64,000 nucleotides of DNA from Clostridia bacterium (GTDB taxonomy: Bacteria; Bacillota; Clostridia; Christensenellales; UBA1242), in contig JBAYMN010000001.1 in the NCBI GenBank assembly GCA_041663585.1, positions 475-64,474 on the forward strand, written 5' to 3'. The translations under genes and the position numbers were made by a program. Within the stretch, counting starts at the first letter, position 1; each line of letters starts with the position of its first letter. Positions 59,062 to 64,000 of this stretch are shown here, piece after piece. The notes below the pieces were generated by a model. The model searched no databases, was not told the DNA's origin, and was given only the letters and a program-made list of their open reading frames with translations.

Positions 59062-59218
59062 GTCAGGCAAAGCCTAAGACTTACTTATTTTTTCGTGGGG
59101 GATTTTTGAGCCATACTGCACATTTTAAGCATACTGATGTAAACATACAGCATATTCTTGATGTACTTTCGAATTGAAAAGTAAAGTAGCATAAAATTAA
59201 AGATTTTTAGAATATTTG
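59062..59218 (+). repeat. 157-nt direct repeat, copy 2
   Basis: Has 3 substitutions relative to 58781-58937 and is offset by 281 nt. Ends 12 nt before the sigF stop codon. Confidence 0.9.
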
Positions 59219-59230
59219 ATTTAAAAAGAA

Positions 59231-59953
59231 TTAAAATTTTGAAGCAAGTTTTTCTATAACTTTGGCTTCAAGGCGACTGACTTGAACTTGTGATATACCT
59301 AAAAGTTCGGCAACTTCACTTTGAGTTTTATCTCTAAAATAGCGTAGTAGAATTATTTGTTTTTCTCGTGGCAATAGTAGTTTTATACTTTTTTTAAGTA
59401 TAAATTTATCTATAACATCTTCACTATAATCTACTTCTATAATTTTATCAATTAACAGTTGACCTTTTTCTTTGCTTTCTCCGGCACATTTTGCATCTAA
59501 TGATATCGGCATTTTAGAAGAATCCAAAGCAAAAACAATATCCTGGGTATCTAAATTTAATTCTTTTGCTAAATATTCAATAGTGGGGGACTCGCCGGTT
59601 TTTTGGCGATACTCATCGGAAATTTTTTTTATTATCATTGCTTGTTTTTTTACTATGCGTGATACTTTTATATATCCATCATCACGCATAAATCGTTTTA
59701 ATTCACCTGTAATCATAGGCACAGCATAAGTGGAAAAATGCACTCCGTATTTTTCATCAAAATTCTTTATTGCTTTTAAAAAACCTACACAACCTAATTG
59801 ATACAAGTCATCATATTCAATCCCGCTTGTTCGGTATCTTCGTATTATGCTTTTTATTAACGGGGAATTATGCTCTAAAAGAACTGTTTTGGCATTTTCA
59901 TCGCCTGATTGAGCAAGTTTTATATATTTTAGCGTTTCCTCATGTTCAAGCAT
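59231..59953 (-). CDS. sigF: RNA polymerase sporulation sigma factor SigF
   Basis: 240 aa sigma-70 family protein (regions 2-4; YAVPMITGELKRF, SQSEVAELLGISQVQVSRLE). Third gene of the spoIIA operon; overlaps spoIIAB by 8 nt. Confidence 0.9.
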   Translation of the reverse strand: MLEHEETLKYIKLAQSGDENAKTVLLEHNSPLIKSIIRRYRTSGIEYDDLYQLGCVGFLKAIKNFDEKYGVHFSTYAVPMITGELKRFMRDDGYIKVSRIVKKQAMIIKKISDEYRQKTGESPTIEYLAKELNLDTQDIVFALDSSKMPISLDAKCAGESKEKGQLLIDKIIEVDYSEDVIDKFILKKSIKLLLPREKQIILLRYFRDKTQSEVAELLGISQVQVSRLEAKVIEKLASKF

Positions 59954-60425
59954 TTTTATCCTCCGCTTTACTACTGCTTGCTTTGCTTTTAAATGTTTTT
60001 GTCATTTCAACTTTTACTCCATTAGGTTTTTGTGCTGAAACTTCTACAATATCCATAAAACTTTCCATAACCGTAAATCCCATACCGGATCGTTCTTGTT
60101 CGGGCTTAGATGTGTAAAATGGCTCCATTGCTTTTTTAATGTCTTGTATGCCAACGCCCCAGTCGCTTATTGTTACATTTAAAGTATTGCCCTGAATTTC
60201 GGCTTTTATTAAAATATCTCCGACCGAATTAGGGTAGGCATGCACTACACAATTTGTAACGGCTTCGGATACCGCCGTTTTTACATCATTAATTTCTTCT
60301 AATGTTGGATTTGCTTGCACGCAAAAAGCGGCAACTGTGCTACGGGCAAAACTTTCATTTTGTGAATAAGATTTAATGGTTAATGTCATTTCATTTTTTT
60401 CTAAAACTTCTTTTTTTGTGTTCAT
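59946..60425 (-). CDS. spoIIAB: anti-sigma F factor (serine kinase) SpoIIAB
   Basis: 159 aa. KNEMTLTIKSYSQNESFARSTVAAF and the GHKL motifs EAVTNCVVHAY and GMGFTVME. AGGAG RBS. Confidence 0.92.
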   Translation of the reverse strand: MNTKKEVLEKNEMTLTIKSYSQNESFARSTVAAFCVQANPTLEEINDVKTAVSEAVTNCVVHAYPNSVGDILIKAEIQGNTLNVTISDWGVGIQDIKKAMEPFYTSKPEQERSGMGFTVMESFMDIVEVSAQKPNGVKVEMTKTFKSKASSSKAEDKNA

Positions 60426-60435
60426 AGTTTTTCTC

Positions 60436-60744
60436 CTAATTTATTTTTGGCATTATGTCATATAAGCCTGTCATTTTAAAAATTCGTTCTGCTTGTATTG
60501 ATGGATTGCAGATGTATATGGGAACATTTTTGTCTTTCATTTTTTTGTAACGACCAATTAAAACACCTATGCCTGTACTATCCATAAAATTTAATTCCGA
60601 TAAATCGATTATTATTTGCTTTGCAATTGTTTTGCCTAACATTTCATCTAGTGTCATACGCGTGTAAACGGAAGAATGTTCATCAAGTTCTCCGCATAAA
60701 GCGATATATAAAATATTGTTGTAAATCCGACTTTTAACTTGCAT
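60436..60744 (-). CDS. spoIIAA: anti-sigma F factor antagonist SpoIIAA (STAS domain)
   Basis: 102 aa. Phosphorylatable Ser context FMDSTGIGVL. AGGAGG RBS. Confidence 0.9.
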   Translation of the reverse strand: MQVKSRIYNNILYIALCGELDEHSSVYTRMTLDEMLGKTIAKQIIIDLSELNFMDSTGIGVLIGRYKKMKDKNVPIYICNPSIQAERIFKMTGLYDIMPKIN

Positions 60745-60935
60745 ATTTTCCTCCTAATAAAAAAATAAACATTTAAGACTTTATTTTGCTAAAAAAATAA
60801 AGCAACTTTAACTGGTTTTAAGTTGATATAAAATTATAAATTATCGCTAACTGCATATTTTGACTTATAATAAATTGTTTTGATTTTTAATAACGAAATT
60901 TATAAAAAACATATATATTAATTTGTAAAATGTTA

Positions 60936-60964
60936 TTGACAATTTAAAAGAGTTATAGTATTAT
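60936..60964 (+). promoter_or_regulatory. sigma-A promoter of the tRNA cluster
   Basis: TTGACA, 17-nt spacer, TATTAT, 24 nt upstream of the first tRNA. Confidence 0.55.
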
Positions 60965-60987
60965 ATACGAGCAAGCCTAGCGAGTAT

Positions 60988-61062
60988 CGGGGTGTAGCGC
61001 AGTGGTAGCGCACACGGTTTGGGACCGTGGGGTCGCAAGTTCAAACCTTGTCACCCCGACCA
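60988..61062 (+). tRNA. tRNA-Pro (anticodon UGG)
   Basis: Hand-folded cloverleaf. Anticodon loop TTTGGGA. CCA encoded. Confidence 0.9.
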
Positions 61063-61122
61063 AATATTTTCTGCCCATTTGCGTACAATGAAAAATACAT
61101 AATGTTAGTGTTCAAAATATTA

Positions 61123-61199
61123 GGGCCTTTAGCTCAGTTGGTTAGAGCGACCGGCTCATAACCGGTTGGTCCGCGGTTCAAGTCCGTGAAGGCCCACCA
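61123..61199 (+). tRNA. tRNA with CAU anticodon: elongator Met or Ile2 (lysidine)
   Basis: Acceptor GGGCCTT/AAGGCCC with a G1-C72 pair, so not an initiator. Anticodon loop CTCATAA. Overall resembles ileX-type sequences. Confidence 0.85.
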
Positions 61200-61209
61200 C
61201 CTAATTTTT

Positions 61210-61286
61210 GGCCTGGTAGCTCAGTTGGTTAGAGTGCAAGCCTGTCACGCTTGAGGTCGAGGGTTCGAACCCCTTTCAGGTCGCCA
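61210..61286 (+). tRNA. tRNA-Asp (anticodon GUC)
   Basis: Anticodon loop CTGTCAC, discriminator G, CCA encoded. Confidence 0.9.
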
Positions 61287-61314
61287 TTATAAATTGCCCG
61301 TAGGGGCAAAAAAT

Positions 61315-61390
61315 GCCTTGGTAGCTCAGTCGGTAGAGCAGGAGACTGAAAATCTCCGTGTCGGTGGTTCAATTCCGCCCCAAGGCACCA
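61315..61390 (+). tRNA. tRNA-Phe (anticodon GAA)
   Basis: Acceptor GCCTTGG/CCAAGGC, anticodon loop CTGAAAA, CCA encoded. Confidence 0.9.
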
Positions 61391-61424
61391 CAAGTAATAT
61401 TAACTTGTAGGTGGTATATTATTT

Positions 61425-61499
61425 GCTGGTGTGGCTCAATGGCAGAGCAGCTGACTTGTAATCAGCAGGTTGGTGGTTCAACTCCACTCACCAGCTCCA
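61425..61499 (+). tRNA. tRNA-Thr (anticodon UGU)
   Basis: Acceptor GCTGGTG/CACCAGC, anticodon loop CTTGTAA, CCA encoded. Confidence 0.9.
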
Positions 61500-61627
61500 T
61501 TTTAACTTCAAAATTTTATAAATTTAATCGTTTCTGTTTCATGTTTAGACCAGTCATTTATGTTTATATAAACTCCTGTCCTAAACATTTCGCGAGCCTC
61601 TAAATTTATTAAATTTTGAAGTTAAAA
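61500..61627 (+). repeat. 128-nt element with 27-bp terminal inverted repeats between tRNA-Thr and tRNA-Tyr
   Basis: The left arm 61500-61526 (TTTTAACTTCAAAATTTTATAAATTTA) matches the reverse complement of 61601-61627 at 26 of 27 positions. A nested inverted repeat ATGTTTAGAC / GTCCTAAACAT lies inside. Confidence 0.8.
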
Positions 61628-61660
61628 CCATTACTTTGTTTAACTTTATACTTAAAAATA

Positions 61661-61746
61661 TGGGCAGGTTCCAGAGTGGCCAAATGGGGCGGACTGTAAA
61701 TCCGTTGTCTACGACTTCGATGGTCCGAATCCATCCCTGCCCACCA
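61661..61746 (+). tRNA. tRNA-Tyr (anticodon GUA), long variable arm
   Basis: Acceptor GGGCAGG/CCTGCCC, anticodon loop CTGTAAA, class II variable arm, CCA encoded. Confidence 0.9.
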
Positions 61747-61752
61747 AAATTT

Positions 61753-61775
61753 AAAAAGCTGTAAGGCTTTTTTTA
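61753..61775 (+). terminator. terminator after the tRNA cluster
   Basis: AAAAAGC-TGTAAG-GCTTTTTTT. The stem is weak and AT-rich. Confidence 0.45.
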
Positions 61776-61937
61776 TTTACAAAAATCAAATGTTCTTTTG
61801 TTTTTATTAATGTTGACTTTTATAAAACTTGCATGTAATAATATTAACGTTGAGTGAAAAGCAAAGCAATTTGCCAATTCGTAATCCCGTCCAGCACTTG
61901 GTGGTCCGTGGTGGGTCGTTTTTTTGTTTTATATAAA

Positions 61938-61975
61938 TACACAGAGCAGTATAAAACTGCTCTGTGTATATTTTT
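61938..61975. terminator. bidirectional terminator (3' of the Asn/Thr-rich gene)
   Basis: Perfect 12-bp stem TACACAGAGCAG/CTGCTCTGTGTA with loop TATAAAA, followed by ATTTTT. Confidence 0.7.
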
Positions 61976-62035
61976 AAACAAAATTTTATATGACTGTTAC
62001 TAAAAAGCAAAATTTAGTAATAGTATTTAAAATAA

Positions 62036-64000
62036 TTAATTGTGTACTCGTGGGGCTCTTCCGTTTTGTACCGGAGCAAATATTGAACCTATCATAGAAG
62101 TATTTCTATTTACTACTCTGTTTGTAGTTGTATTTTGATTTTGTGTGTTATTAATGCTACTGGTACGAGTGGCAGGATTGTTCGCTGAGGTTGTTGTAGG
62201 AGTTGTGCCATTATTAACTGCTGTATTATTAGTATTTACCGCTGTGTTATTTGCAACTCCACTTGTAACGGAAGTACCATTATAATTATTGTTTTGTGTA
62301 TTATTTAAACCATTTGTGTTTGTATTGGTTGTTCCGCTTGTAGTATTATCATTAGTTACGCTAGTTCCGGTTGTGCCATTAGTTACGCTAGTTCCGGTTG
62401 TGCCATTAGTTACGCTAGTTCCGGTTGTATCAGCAGTTGTTGTATCGGTTGCATCGGTAGTGATTAGATTGTCATTTAAGATTGATTGTATTTGTGTTAA
62501 TGCCAAATATGAAGTGTAGCAATTTGACAATCTATTTTCTAATACATTTAAAACTCTTAAATATTTTGCATTTATTACGTCAACATTGCTATTAAAGTTG
62601 TCCATTAAACCGCTTACACCACTTAAACTGCTTACTAAATTACTATTATCATTTTCAATTGATTTATTAATTGTTGATAGAGTAACAATATATTCTTTAA
62701 TTGTAGCAAGTTCATTTGCTGATAATGTTACATTTGCAGAATTAAGTTGACTTGTTATAGTTTTTAGATTTTGTGCAATCGAAATTATTTCCGATTTTAA
62801 ACTATCAAGTTCTGAATTTGCAGTAAGCACATCATTATTCATTGTTGATAAACTTTCTATTCTTGTTAAATAGTTATCCACTAAACTAGTATAGCCACTT
62901 CTTGAAGTACGCATAGTCGAATTAGTTGTGCCACTGGTATTTGTCGTATTTGTTGTACCAGTTGTATTTGTTGTGGAACTTGTACGAGCATTATTTGTAT
63001 TATTATTGTTACTTATACCTGATACAGCATTTTTTATACGACTAAACGGAGAATAATTTCCGCTTAATCCCGAGCCTCTTATATATCTATAAGTAGGATA
63101 GTAAGTGCTGTTTTGGTCTGAACTTTGATAAACAGAATTGTTAGGATTTAAAACACTATTGTTAGTTGTTGTTCTGTTAAGTATTGCATTATTTGCTGAT
63201 GCAGAATTATTTACACTATTAGAGTTTAAGGCATTACTACTGGTATTATTAATATTTGCATTATTTACAGTTGTTCTAGCGCCACCACTTAATGTATTAG
63301 CGTTTGTATTATTAGTATTTATTGAATTAGTTGTGTCAGTAGTTGTATTGTTATTTATAGAATTCATATTACTTCTGTAATCACGATACATTTGTTGACG
63401 CTGTGTGGCAGTATTAGGGCTTTGAACTGCTGTGTTATTAAAATTGTCATTTGCCGTAATAGTGCTATTAACTGTGTTCACTGTTGGTATATTAGCATTA
63501 TTAACATTTGTTGAAGATGTATTATTAGTATTTGCATTGGTAACTCCCGTTTGATTTGCAACATTTTGTGCAGTTACGCTGTCTGCTAAATAATATAGGG
63601 TTGGGTCATATGCTCTTGGATTTGCTGAATTTGTGTTACTTGTATAATTTGTGCTATCCATAGGTGTGCGAGTGTAAAATCTATTTCGGTATGTGCTTGG
63701 TCCGCCCATTCTATAATCGGTATATGGTGCCGAACTTACTGTATTATTATTTGTTGTATCTGTGTTTGTTGCAGTACTTGTAGCATTTGTATTATTTAAA
63801 GTACTTGTGTAAACTCTATCATTTGTGTTATTTGCTGTGCTAGATGTATTTATTCCGTTAGTGGTGCTTGTGTTTGGATAATCCACCGAGTATGAACCAG
63901 AATACGCTCTTCCACGATATAAATATGGTGTGTTGTAAACATTTCCGCTTGTATTATTGGCGCTAGTGGAATTACCAACTGAACCTTGGTATGCTGTTGA
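62036..64000 (-). CDS. very large Asn/Thr/Ser-rich low-complexity protein with central helical core (5' end outside window)
   Basis: The reading frame is open from 64000 down to the stop at 62036. The ORF-track GTG at 63886 is internal, because the frame stays open upstream of it. Residues about 340-470 (LVDNYLTRIESL...LTQIQSILNDN) are non-repetitive and heptad-like. Confidence 0.6.
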   Translation of the reverse strand, partial: STAYQGSVGNSTSANNTSGNVYNTPYLYRGRAYSGSYSVDYPNTSTTNGINTSSTANNTNDRVYTSTLNNTNATSTATNTDTTNNNTVSSAPYTDYRMGGPSTYRNRFYTRTPMDSTNYTSNTNSANPRAYDPTLYYLADSVTAQNVANQTGVTNANTNNTSSTNVNNANIPTVNTVNSTITANDNFNNTAVQSPNTATQRQQMYRDYRSNMNSINNNTTTDTTNSINTNNTNANTLSGGARTTVNNANINNTSSNALNSNSVNNSASANNAILNRTTTNNSVLNPNNSVYQSSDQNSTYYPTYRYIRGSGLSGNYSPFSRIKNAVSGISNNNNTNNARTSSTTNTTGTTNTTNTSGTTNSTMRTSRSGYTSLVDNYLTRIESLSTMNNDVLTANSELDSLKSEIISIAQNLKTITSQLNSANVTLSANELATIKEYIVTLSTINKSIENDNSNLVSSLSGVSGLMDNFNSNVDVINAKYLRVLNVLENRLSNCYTSYLALTQIQSILNDNLITTDATDTTTADTTGTSVTNGTTGTSVTNGTTGTSVTNDNTTSGTTNTNTNGLNNTQNNNYNGTSVTSGVANNTAVNTNNTAVNNGTTPTTTSANNPATRTSSINNTQNQNTTTNRVVNRNTSMIGSIFAPVQNGRAPRVHN
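62351..62431 (-). repeat. 3 x 27-bp tandem repeat inside the Asn/Thr-rich gene (encodes TGTSVTNGT x3)
   Basis: Units 62351-62377 and 62378-62404 are identical. The third unit, 62405-62431, diverges only at its end. Confidence 0.9.

Noticed and set aside
58781-59218. Whether the two 157-nt direct repeats could be a CRISPR array.
   Set aside because: There are only two copies, the repeats are far longer than CRISPR repeats (about 28-37 nt), there is a single 124-nt spacer, and no cas genes are present in the window.
61358-61603. An 81-aa plus-strand ORF.
   Set aside because: It reads straight through tRNA-Phe and tRNA-Thr and into the inverted-repeat spacer, so it is an artefact of ORF calling.
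61807-62010. A 67-aa minus-strand ORF.
   Set aside because: It spans the putative promoter, the G/C-rich segment and the bidirectional terminator hairpin, has no RBS, and is most likely non-coding.

Overview
This is an AT-rich chromosomal segment from an endospore-forming Firmicute, probably Clostridia-like. The lineage call rests on spoIIAA-spoIIAB-sigF, spoIIP, the ctsR-mcsA-mcsB-clpC operon and a dapF-dapL-dapB (LL-diaminopimelate aminotransferase) cluster. I support about 60 CDSs, nearly all housekeeping: polA, lysS, an ApbE/NusG_II/Gx-transporter module, dinB, hpf, nth-obg-yhbY, murG, a ParE/ParC-like type IIA topoisomerase pair, glyA, a SAM-I riboswitch with metK, proS, a DEAD-box helicase, cysK, folD, an ABC-2 exporter, a GGDEF cyclase and a DHH phosphoesterase. 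There are 8 tRNAs: three dispersed tRNA-Pro isoacceptors, one with an unusual AGG anticodon, and a cluster of six (one of them a tRNA-Pro). I saw no transposase, integrase, reverse transcriptase, CRISPR array or recognisable defence gene. I could not identify a convincing novel multi-gene protein system. The most unusual content is non-coding. (1) A family of oriented, bulged stem-loops (TTCCGC...GCGGAA) shows compensatory base changes; the copies sit just after stop codons, and one supplies the last codons of folD. (2) A 60-nt rod-like hairpin module occurs twice. (3) A 590-nt gene-free composite region next to sigF carries two 157-nt direct repeats. (4) Arrays of four NTACATT heptads lie between stop codon and terminator of two unrelated genes. 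(5) A 128-nt element with 27-bp terminal inverted repeats is embedded in the tRNA cluster. Protein-level oddities are a DisA_N (DAC)-like protein lacking the RHR motif, an orphan HExxH protein beside a tRNA-Pro, a degenerate stand-alone ABC ATPase paired with a PucR-type HTH, and a very large Asn/Thr-rich protein with perfect 27-bp tandem repeats that runs off the window. All functional calls come from motif recognition by eye; no database search was run.
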